The notes beneath the pieces are model-generated. The model made no database searches, was not told where the DNA came from, and saw only the letters and a list, made by a program, of their open reading frames with translations. A stretch of 64,000 nt of DNA from Anaeromyces robustus (lineage: Eukaryota). Of this stretch, positions 1 to 11,105 are shown one piece after another (the stretch's first letter is position 1; each line of letters opens with the position of its first letter). The position numbers and the translations under genes were made by a program. The stretch is taken from the NCBI GenBank assembly GCA_002104895.1, contig MCFG01000228.1, positions 1 to 64,000 on the forward strand. Direction: 5' to 3'.

Positions 1-88
1 TTAAAATAAAAGAAATAGAAATATTGAAAAAATTAGATAATATATATAAATATATTTATATATAAAAAAAAAACATAAAGAATTAAAA

Positions 89-3000
89 ATGCATTTTAAT
101 TCAAAGTTAATTTTATTAGTTGCAGCTACATTGCCATCTACTTTAGCTGCCGTTAATGGTAGATGTTCAGGTAGAAGTGGTATTTGTATCGCTACTGGTA
201 CTTGTAATAGATACGGTGGTACATATTACAGTGGAAAATGTCCAAATGATGCCAATGACATTAGATGTTGTGATAATATTCCTTGTAAAGCTGATGATGG
301 AAGACCAGGTAATTGTATATTTGCTGATCAATGTTCTGGTGATAAAATTAGTGGAAAATGTCCAGGAGGTAGTGATTTCAAATGTTGTGTATCTAAAAAA
401 CAAGATCCAATTGGTACTTCATGTTCCTATGATGGATTAAGTGGTACTTGTCAATATGATAATAATTGTAGTGGTGGTTTCACCGTTTCTGGTCAATGTC
501 CAGGTGCCAGTAACATTAAATGTTGTATTCCAAAAAGACAATGTAGTGATGGAAGATCAAGTGGTTCTTGTCTTCCTACTAATCAATGTAGTACTGGTTA
601 CACTGTTTCTAATCAATGTCCAGGAGGTAGTACTATTAAATGTTGTCTTCCTAAACCAGATCCAATTGGTACTGCATGTTCCTATGATGGATTAAGTGGT
701 ACTTGTCAATATGATAATAATTGTAGTGGTGGTTTCACCGTTTCTGGTCAATGTCCAGGTGCCAGTAACATTAAATGTTGTATTCCAAAGAAACAATGTA
801 GTGATGGAAGATCAAGTGGTTCTTGTCTTCCTACTAATCAATGTAATACTGGTTACACTGTTTCTAATCAATGTCCAGGAGGTAGTACTATTAAATGTTG
901 TCTTCCTAAACCAGATCCAATTGGTACTGCATGTTCCTATGATGGATTAAGTGGTACTTGTCAATATGATAATAATTGTAGTGGAGGTTTCACCGTTTCT
1001 GGTCAATGTCCAGGTGCTAGTAACATTAAATGCTGTATTCCAAAGAAACAATGTAGTGATGGAAGATCAAGTGGTTCTTGTATTCCTAAGGATCAATGTA
1101 GTACTGGTAATACAGTTTCTAATCAATGTCCAGGAGGTAATTCTATTAAATGTTGTCTTCCTAAACAAGAACAAAATCCAAATAATATCATTGGTACTAA
1201 ATGTACTTATGATAAATTAGATGGTACTTGTCAATATGATAATAATTGTGGTGGTAATAGTTTCACCGTTTCTGGTCAATGTCCAGGTCCCAGCAATATT
1301 AAATGTTGTATTCCAAAGAAACAATGTAGTGATGGTAAAGGAGCCAGTGGTGTTTGTATTCCTACTGATCAATGTAGTACTGGTAATACAGTTTCTAATC
1401 AATGTCCAGGAGGTAATTCTATTAAATGTTGTCTTTCAAATAATAATAACACTTCTGATAATAGATGTCCAAATGCTGGAGGTCAATGTATGAATCCAGA
1501 TACCTGTAGAAGTCAAGGAGGAACTGTTTTAGATAATTTATGTCCAGGTAAAAATGATAACAAATGTTGTGTTCCAAACAATAATACTACTGATACTAGA
1601 TGTCCAAGTGCTGGAGGTCAATGTATGAATCCAGATACCTGTAGAAGTCAAGGAGGAACCGTTTTAGATAATTTATGTCCAGGTAAAAATGATAACAAAT
1701 GCTGTGTTCGTAATAATCAAAATGGTAATGGTAATTGTACCAAGTTTGGAGGTCAATGTATGAATCCAAATAGTTGTAATGGTAAAGTTCAAGATGGATT
1801 ATGTCCAGGTGATAATTCTAATAAATGTTGTATTCCATCTGGTACCAGTTGTACAGATGTTAAAGGTCAATGTATGAGAACAAGTAATTGTGGTGGTACA
1901 GTTTTAAAAGGTTTATGTCCAGGTGATGATAATAACAGATGCTGTGTTCAAGATGGTTCAAATAGTAATCCTATCACCACTCCAGGTAATAATCAAGCAA
2001 ATCCAGATGATTTTGTTTGTTTAGTTTTAGGAGGTCAATGTATGAATCAAAATAGTTGTAATGGTAAAGTTCAAACTGGATTATGTTCAGGTGGTAATGA
2101 TAGAAAATGTTGTCTTCCACCTGGTACTACTTGTCAAGGTGTTGGAGGTCAATGTGGAGATCCAGATAGATGTAGAAATCTAGGAGGTGGTGTCGTTAGA
2201 AGAAGTATAGAAGGTGGAGGTATCATTTTAGATGGTTTATGTCCAGGTAATAATAGAAATAAATGTTGTGTTCCATTATCAACTCTTGGTACAAATCCAA
2301 CAAATGATACCCCTAGTAATAATAATAAAAAATGTACTATAGTACGTCAAGGAGATAAAGAAGTTATAAATTGTTTTGTACCTCTGAATTATCATGGTAG
2401 TGGTAATGGTATTGATAACATTAGTGAGAAATGCAAAAAATATTATATTAAAGATCTTGAAGCTAAACTTGAAGATGGTACAGCAAAAAGAATTTGGCAT
2501 TTCTTTATGGGAAAAATAAATAATAAACATGGTGTTGCTGGTCTTATGGGAAACTTATTTATTGAATCTCAATTTAATCCTAAAAGAGTTCAATATTCTT
2601 ACGATAAAAAAGCTATAGAACAAATTATAAATAGAATAAAGAAAATGAATATTGGTGAAACTATTGAAAATAATATGTCAAGGGAAGAATTTGAAGATAT
2701 GTACGCAAGGATAACTAATAGCGGAAAGTATTATAATGTAGAGAAAAGTGGTGATAAGGGATTTATTGATGATGAAAATGGTTATGGGTTAGGACAATGG
2801 ACTGTGGAATCACGAAAGCAAGACCTTTATGATTATATCAAAAAAGGTGAAATAAGTCTCCGAAAAAAAAAAGGTTGTGAGGATGAGGATGGAAAAAAAA
2901 TAGATTGTGTTCCTATTACAAGTTATGGTAATATTAATTCAAATATTGGAGATTTCCAATTACAACTTGAATTTATTTGGACAGAGCTTACTAGAACTGA

Positions 3001-3364
3001 CTATGAAGGTACGAATGAAAAATTTAATCAAATTGTAACTCCATATTTGAAAAAAGCAACGTCATACGAAGATGCTACTGAAAGAGTAGTAAAATATTTT
3101 GGACCTTCAAAACCTAATTCAGAAGGAAGAGTATGCTCTAGTGAAATATTTTATAAAATATATAACGATGATGTCGACTGCAACCCTTCTATTGGTAATT
3201 ATCCTAATGGTTATAGTTGCGGTCCCGAAGTAGATGGTAAATTGGTAGGTACATGCTACAGCAAATGTGAAGGTAAATTAATATTTAATAAATATGATGG
3301 TCCTTGTTGTAGTGATGGTATCTGTTGTATTTCCTTTGATGATTTTCATAAAATATTGTGGTAA
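89..3364 (+). CDS. Secreted Cys-rich repeat protein (16 six-Cys modules) with a C-terminal phage-tail-lysozyme-like domain (Phage_lysozyme2 type) and a Cys-rich tail, 1091 aa, intronless
   Basis: Single long ORF with a signal peptide (MHFNSKLILLVAATLPSTLAA). It has 16 modules of pattern C-x-GxC-x-C-x-C(P/S)-x-CC, mostly CPG. From about aa 802 the motifs IWHFF..GVAGLMGNLFIESQFNP, GYGLGQWT..RK..L and QLEFIWTEL match the phage tail lysozyme family. Confidence 0.9.
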   Translation: MHFNSKLILLVAATLPSTLAAVNGRCSGRSGICIATGTCNRYGGTYYSGKCPNDANDIRCCDNIPCKADDGRPGNCIFADQCSGDKISGKCPGGSDFKCCVSKKQDPIGTSCSYDGLSGTCQYDNNCSGGFTVSGQCPGASNIKCCIPKRQCSDGRSSGSCLPTNQCSTGYTVSNQCPGGSTIKCCLPKPDPIGTACSYDGLSGTCQYDNNCSGGFTVSGQCPGASNIKCCIPKKQCSDGRSSGSCLPTNQCNTGYTVSNQCPGGSTIKCCLPKPDPIGTACSYDGLSGTCQYDNNCSGGFTVSGQCPGASNIKCCIPKKQCSDGRSSGSCIPKDQCSTGNTVSNQCPGGNSIKCCLPKQEQNPNNIIGTKCTYDKLDGTCQYDNNCGGNSFTVSGQCPGPSNIKCCIPKKQCSDGKGASGVCIPTDQCSTGNTVSNQCPGGNSIKCCLSNNNNTSDNRCPNAGGQCMNPDTCRSQGGTVLDNLCPGKNDNKCCVPNNNTTDTRCPSAGGQCMNPDTCRSQGGTVLDNLCPGKNDNKCCVRNNQNGNGNCTKFGGQCMNPNSCNGKVQDGLCPGDNSNKCCIPSGTSCTDVKGQCMRTSNCGGTVLKGLCPGDDNNRCCVQDGSNSNPITTPGNNQANPDDFVCLVLGGQCMNQNSCNGKVQTGLCSGGNDRKCCLPPGTTCQGVGGQCGDPDRCRNLGGGVVRRSIEGGGIILDGLCPGNNRNKCCVPLSTLGTNPTNDTPSNNNKKCTIVRQGDKEVINCFVPLNYHGSGNGIDNISEKCKKYYIKDLEAKLEDGTAKRIWHFFMGKINNKHGVAGLMGNLFIESQFNPKRVQYSYDKKAIEQIINRIKKMNIGETIENNMSREEFEDMYARITNSGKYYNVEKSGDKGFIDDENGYGLGQWTVESRKQDLYDYIKKGEISLRKKKGCEDEDGKKIDCVPITSYGNINSNIGDFQLQLEFIWTELTRTDYEGTNEKFNQIVTPYLKKATSYEDATERVVKYFGPSKPNSEGRVCSSEIFYKIYNDDVDCNPSIGNYPNGYSCGPEVDGKLVGTCYSKCEGKLIFNKYDGPCCSDGICCISFDDFHKILW
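403..1433 (+). repeat. Intragenic tandem repeat: 255-bp unit (two Cys modules) x3 near-identical plus a diverged fourth unit
   Basis: GATCCAATTGGTACT recurs at about 404, 659 and 914. Shadow ORFs start at 441, 696, 951 (period 255) and 1221. Confidence 0.9.
1463..1708 (+). repeat. Intragenic 135-bp tandem duplication (one Cys module x2)
   Basis: AGATGTCCAA at 1463 and 1598; AGGQCMNPDTCRSQGGTVLDNLCPGKNDNKCCV occurs twice. Confidence 0.9.
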
Positions 3365-4177
3365 ATGTTACCGTTTCCATAATAAATATTATATTCAATT
3401 TGAGTTTTTTTTTTTTAGTAAAATAAAAAAAAATAATGAAATAATAAATAAACAAATAAATAATAATTAAATAAATAAAAATAAGTATATAAATAAATAT
3501 ATATATAAATATAAATAAATAATATACTATATAATAACTTTACATATTTAACATAAGTTTATAGATAACAATAAAAAATAAATAAATAAATATATATATC
3601 TATATATATAAATATATAAATATATAAATAAATAAATAAAGAATAAAATAAATAAATATTGATATCATAATAAATTTTAAATTTTTTTTTATTTTATAAT
3701 TAAATTTATTAAATTTATTATATTTGAGAGAAACAATACGAAATAATTTTATTAAATTTTTTTTTATTTATTTATTTTAAATATATTATAATATAATTAA
3801 AACATGTCCGACTAGCATTTCCCTTTCTACTCTTTCCAAGCAATGGACATGATGATATTGCCATGTATAATTTAAATAGTATAGATCCTTGTACCTTAAA
3901 TAAATAAAGTGAGCATTTGAAAAGTTTATTTTGAATCACTTTTTTTTTTTTTTTTCATTATAGGCATTATTAATATTTTATTAATTTTTTTTTATTTGTA
4001 TTTTCCGACTATAAATTAAGTTATATATTATATATCTCTATTTTTTTAAAAAAAAAAAAAAAAAAAAGACTTAAATATTAAATATTAAATATTGAATGAA
4101 TTTTTTAATTTTTTTTTTTTTGATTTTTTTGATTTTTTGATTTTTTGTTTTTGATTCAATATATTAATAACAATAAC

Positions 4178-4213
<36 letters not shown>

Positions 4214-4558
4214 AAATAAAAATTTTTATTAATTAATTTTTTTATTATTAATCATTATTATTTATTATTAATAATATTTAAGTAGGTATTAATTATATGT
4301 ATTTTTATTATTCCTCATGTTATATAAAAAATAAATAAATAAATAAATAAAATAATTTTTTTTTATAAATAATTTTTTAATAAATAATTTTTTAATAAAA
4401 TTACGGACTTAATTCCTTTATCCATTATCTTCATTTTTAAATGTAAGACTTAAATACATAATACATACATAATAAATTATTTGTTCACTCACTCACTATC
4501 TTATTACGGTCATTAAAACACATATATTCCAAAAAAAAAAAAAATCTACCTCTTCAAA

Positions 4559-4689
<131 letters not shown>

Positions 4690-5508
4690 CAAAATTATCA
4701 AACAATTAATATGTTATGAAATTCATGTAGTAAATTAAAAAAATTGAGAAAAAAAAATAATATAAAAATATTCAACTAACAAAACCGAAACCAAATAATT
4801 GAGTTTGAGAGGGGGAGGAAGGAAATGTTAAGTCATAATATTAAGTTATACACACCTTTTATTGATAAGTATGTGTTCCATATATGACGTAATAATAAAC
4901 CATTTTTTTTTTTTTTTTAGTATAAATTAAATTTGTAAAAGTTTTATCCGTTGTAAATCATTTTTTTATTATTATAAAATAATAATAATAATAATAATAA
5001 AAAAAACTATTTAATAAAAAAAAATAGTAATAATAATTTTTTTTAATTTTTTTTATTTTTTATTTTTTATTTTTTTTTTAATTTTTATTCATAATAATTA
5101 GCTTAATTTATTATAATTATTTTTTTTATATAAAAAATAACCAAAAAGATAAAATAAAAATTTATTTTTTATAAAATAAAAAATTTTTATAAAAATATAT
5201 CATTGAAAAAATTGTCTACATAATAATTTATATATATTATTTTTTAAAAATTTATTTATAATAAAAATAAATATATTACAAGTTATTAGAATAGATTTTT
5301 ATATTTAATTTATTTTTGTAACTTGTTTTTTTAAATATACTTAAAAAAAAAAAAAGAATTCCAAAAATTACTATATCTATATTTATGATATTATTGTTAT
5401 AACTAATCATTATTATATATATTTTTTACATAAAATAATAATAATAATGTATATATATTAATTTTTTAATTTTATTTTTTTTTTTTCATTTATTAATTCA
5501 ATATGTTC

Positions 5509-6679
5509 TTATTTTTTAATTTTATTATTTTTAGAAATTTCAAGTTGTCTTTCATACCACCACCTTTGAGCAGTTTCTGGATAGACATAATAAAATGCAC
5601 GTTTATCAAATAATAAATCTTGTTCAGCACATTCTTTACTACAGAAATAAATTAAAGTACATTCTTTTTTTCTATTAACAGAATATAATCTAATAGAACT
5701 TTCAAAACAGGCTTTGCCACAAAAACAACAATAATCATGTGAAAGAAGATAATCTTTAACTTTATTGGAAATAGATAATGAATTAGCATATTTTTCTAAA
5801 TTTTCTTTCCATTCTTCAGTTTTTTGAAGTTTTATTAGCTTTTCTTCATATTTTAATTTATTATTATTAGATTGATTTTCATTATTCGTATTATTATTTT
5901 CATTTTCATTTGCATTACCATTAACATTTTCATTATCATTAACATTTTCATTTTCATTTTCATTTATATTTACATTTTCATTTTCATTTATATTTATATT
6001 TTCATTTATTTCTCCTTCTTCATTATCATTCATTTCAACGTCATTATTTGTATTATTTTCTACTTCTACAACTGTAGAATTAATTGAATTAATATTTTCA
6101 TTTTCATTATTATGAATATTGGATCCTACTATTTGTTCTTCAATATTAGTATTTATATCAACATTCATATTATTATCAATGTTTTCACTTGTTGAAGGTT
6201 CCACTTCATTATTATATAAAGGATTATTAAACCAATTAACACTTTCTGTTTCACTTGTTTCTCTTTCATCTTCATCACTATCACTATCACTATCACTATC
6301 ACTATCACTATCACTATCACTATTACTATCACTATCATCTTCATCAGTATCACTATCATCTTCATCTTCTACAACTACATCTGAATCTGTATCTACATCA
6401 GATATAGCTTCTAATTCAGTATCGGTATTACTTTCTTCTTCTTCTTCTTCTTCATTATTTTCAATAATTTCAAGATCATTTATAGCATCTTCAATATTAT
6501 GATTTGAACTATTATATGATGATATTGAAGATATAGTTGAAGAAGATGAAGATATTTCTAAATTATTAATATTATTGTTTTCAGAAGGAATAATTGTTAC
6601 ATTATGATTTTGATTATCCACTAGAACATAATTTACATTATTTTCTTCATCTCTTTCATTTTCTATATGATTATTTATT

Positions 6680-6761
<82 letters not shown>

Positions 6762-6776
6762 TATTATTATTATTAC

Positions 6777-6844
<68 letters not shown>

Positions 6845-7440
6845 GTTGATATTGTTATATCATCATTATTATCATTAAATTCTGGAACATTTAGTGTTTT
6901 CTGAGAATCAAAATTCTTAAGATTATTTGAATAGGTATTTTGGGTATAATTATTAATAATTTTTTTAGAACAAATTTCTAATAATGAAGGTGCACCATGT
7001 GGTTTCATATATATAGATTTTGAATCTGAATCTATCATAATGAAAAAAAAAAAAAAGAAAAAAAAAATTTTTTTTTATCATATTCATATTTATATTAAAA
7101 TATAAAGATTAATATAAATATATATATATAAAAGATATTATATTATAATCTTTTTAAAAATTTATACAAAAAAAAAAAAAACATATATATATATATATAT
7201 ATTATACTTATTTTTTAAAAGATACATACTATCATTAGTACTAGAAAATCTTGTAAATACATAATATATAACAAGCCATAGATCATTACAATTAGCAACT
7301 TTTTTTGATGCTAAATATATGTAGTGAAGACATCCTTTTTTAATTATCATTTCTTTACATTTTTCTACGAAAAAAAAATTATAATAATATTATAATATTA
7401 ATCATTAATATATATATAAATTTTATTTTCTTTTTTTTTA

Positions 7441-7480
<40 letters not shown>

Positions 7481-8192
7481 TGATAATTACTATTCTCAGA
7501 AGCATTTAATAATGCAACAGATCCGAATAATTGTAATAAAAGTTCTTTTGAAAAAGAATGGAAGGAATTATCTTGATACTTTGAATAAAATAAAGATTCT
7601 GATGAAGAATCTATATCTAAAGTAATACTAACATCAATATTTTCATTTTCATCAATACTTTCACCAATTTCATTTCTATCACTATCATCATCATCATCAA
7701 AATTTAATTCTTGTTTATATATAATATAATATAATATATATATTTATATTATAAAGTAAGTACGATTTTTAATTAATTATAAATAAAAAAAAACATTTTT
7801 ATTATTACTTCTTTTCTTTAATATTGAAAAATCAAATCTCATAACATTTAATATAATATCAATTCCATTTAATTCCATAAATTCTTTTCTATGGTTATCT
7901 GAAAAGATTTAAAAAAAAATTTATATTTAATTATAAAAAAAAATTAATAATTTTTGTATTTACAAAAAAAAAAAAAAAAAAGATTTATATATATATATAT
8001 TATATTATCATAAAAAATTCATTTATATATATATATATGATAAATTTACCATGATTTATAATAATTGATTCAAGAGCGAAACATGCTATTAATTTAATAA
8101 TAATTATAAAGATTAATTAATATAATAATTATAAAGAAAGAAACTAAATATCATTTAAATATTTATTATAAATTAACTATATATATATTTTT

Positions 8193-8249
<57 letters not shown>

Positions 8250-8386
8250 TATTTACCAGTTGTTTGTAAAGATATATAATATGGGAAACGCTTCATTGCA
8301 TTTAAAATTAATTCAACACCTTTATATTTTGTTATTATTTCAGCATTAGCACCATCTTTCCTATTATCTTTATATTTAAATTTTAA

Positions 8387-8438
<52 letters not shown>

Positions 8439-11105
8439 TTAAAAAATTAAAAAATTAAAAATAAATAAACATATATTCAAGTTATTAATTTATAGTTTTA
8501 ATAATTTTAAATATCATATTTATATTTATATAAATAAACAAATAAATAAATAATAAAAAAATACCATGAATACATAATAAATGGGACAATGAAAAGAAAG
8601 CCGTTATTTGGAAAATTTGATGGTCTTCAAATCTTTTCAATGCTTTTAATATAACAATTAAAATTGTTCCTTTACAAGAGGTCATTTTCATACCTATTAT
8701 ATAAAAATATTATAAATTTTTTTTTAAAAAAATATTTATAATTTTATTAATAATGAAAATGAAAGAAAAAAAAAAGTAAACATATATTTAAATTTTTTTA
8801 TAATTAGAGTAAATCTATAATATATAACATATTAATATATATCAAAAAAAAAATATTCATTTTTTTTCTTTATATCTATTATTACCTGAAAGAGCCATTA
8901 AACCCAAGGCATTACAAGCAGATACCATAAGATCAACAGAATTTTGATGTTTTAAAATAGAAGTTTTAATAACATTCATAAATCTATCTTTTTCCATTTC
9001 TTCTTTACCATATTTACATAAACTTGAAAGAGAATGGAAAGCTTGAATTTGTAAATCGGTTTTGTTCATATGGGTAATCATAGCTCTAAGAATATAATCA
9101 CATCCTCCATGTTCAACAATATGTTTTGCATTTGCATCTATTATTATTATAAAATTAATTTTATAATACATTACATAATAATTATATATTAAAATATTAA
9201 AATAATCATTTTTTTTAAAATTTTAAAATAATTAATAAATACTAAATAATAGTAAAAAAAAATAATAATAATTGTTTTACAATTTCATTATATTAAAATA
9301 AAAAATAATAAAAAAAAAAAATAAAAAATAAAATAAAAATTTTTTTTCTTACCATGACATGCTAAATTAGCTAAAGTTGCACATATTTCTGCTTGAACAT
9401 CAGAAGAAGATATAAATTTATTCATATTTTCTAAAATTAAATTAATACAACCTTCTTCTAGCATTTTTACTCTATTTGACACTTTATTTTTTATTAATAT
9501 ATTTATTTATATAAATAAATAGAATTAAATATACAAATATAATAATAATAATAATAATAATATTAATATTAATATTAATAATAATAATAAAAATAATAAT
9601 AATAATGATGATGAATCATTAAAATCATAATAAAAGTTTAATTTTATATTTTAAATTTTATAATAATAAAAAAAAATTTTTTTTTCTAATTATATATATT
9701 ATATTTACTTATAGAAGCTAAATTAGCCATAGATGCTGAACATTCTATTTGAATTTCAATGGAATCACTAAATAATTTCATAATTTGTAATAATATAGTG
9801 ATACCTCTATTTTTTCCAATTAATTGAGAACTTGTTTCTAAATAAATTTTTATTATTTTTATTTTAATTAATATTTCAAAAATAATATTATTTATTTAAT
9901 ATAATAAATAAAAACAAAATTAATAAGGTATTAATAAAAATCATTAATATTTTTAAAAAAATTAAAAAAAAAAAAAAAAATTAATAATTATTAGTATGAT
10001 AGTGAATAAAAAGAAGAAAAAAAGAATTAATATATATATATATAGAAAAAAAATGATAGAAATATATTTTCAATTATTATAAATGTAAATAAATTTTACC
10101 ATAACGAGATAAGATTCTAATTAATTTTGTAATTAATAAAATTTTACTTTTTAATTTTGGTGAATAAAAATTAATAATAGAAGTTTTATTAGATGGTAAT
10201 ACAGGAATATTATTAGCATAATTATTTGTATGAGAGGAATGATGATTTCTTTCATTATTAATATTACTATTATGATCTTCTTCCATCATATTTGAAGAAG
10301 AAGTTTCCATTATATTTGAACTATAATGAAATGATGAAGAAGAAGATGATGATATTGAAGAATAATCATTATTCATAGAAGATTTTAATTTTTGATCTTC
10401 ATTATTATTATTATTATTATTACTATTATTATTAGTATTTTGTTGATTTTCTTTTAAATAAAAATTTTGAAAAGAAGGATTTAAATCAGGATTAGCAATA
10501 TTATCTAATATAGAATAAGCAAATCCTAAAATTCTTGCTAAAATTTTATCATTTATATTAGGATGTTTTTTAAAAAGTTTTTCATATTTTACCCAATTTA
10601 AAACAAAAATATAATAATTAATAAATTCATTAATCCAATCTTTAGATTCTTTAATCATTTGTTCAGGATCTATATCACTATTAGAATCTGTCATATTATT
10701 AAACCCATCTTCTATAGAATGATGAATATTATTAATATTATTAATATTAATATTATTATTATTATTTATATCTTGATTTATTTCATTTTCATTCATATTT
10801 GAATTTGATTCCTCTCCATCTAATTTTATATCACTTATATTAGTATAAATGGTTAAAAAACAATTTGATTTTAAAGTTTCATTTTCTTTATCATTTATAA
10901 TATTTTCACTACTAATATTATCTTCAATTTCAAGATATTTATTATTTTCACAATATAATCTTGTGATAGAACCATCGGTATTAGTTATTAAAAAAGGATG
11001 ATTTAAAAAATTTAATGGTAATAAATAAGTTAAATATTTATTTAAATATATTAATAAATCGTCACTTTTTAAATTATCATTACTAATTTCCATTGTTTCT
11101 GACAT
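5509..11105 (-). CDS. Multi-exon armadillo(ARM)-repeat protein with a BC-box-like motif, an Asn/acidic low-complexity region and a C-terminal Cys cluster
   Basis: About 11 GT-AG exons (approx. 11105-10100, 9837-9709, 9481-9353, 9137-8886, 8692-8565, 8370-8257, 8090-8050, 7898-7809, 7715-7491, 7364-7230, 7031-5509). ARM-like units include GITILLQIMKLFSDSIEIQIECSASMANLA, GCINLILENMNKFISSSDVQAEICATLANLA and GCDYILRAMITHMNKTDLQIQAFHSLSSL. The last exon carries PSLLEICSKKI and CCFCGKAC...FCSKEC. Middle exon boundaries are approximate. Confidence 0.75.

Noticed and set aside
403..1433. CRISPR-like array interpretation of the regular repeats
   Set aside because: These are contiguous in-frame coding repeats without unique spacers, in a eukaryotic context with no cas genes.
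156..1493. Shadow ORFs (+ strand alternative frame and - strand) over the Cys-repeat gene
   Set aside because: Val/Ile-rich by-products of the repeated, codon-biased main ORF.
5872..6849. Antisense and alternative-frame ORFs (poly-Tyr, poly-Ile, SL repeats)
   Set aside because: Mirror frames of low-complexity sequence in the ARM gene's last exon.
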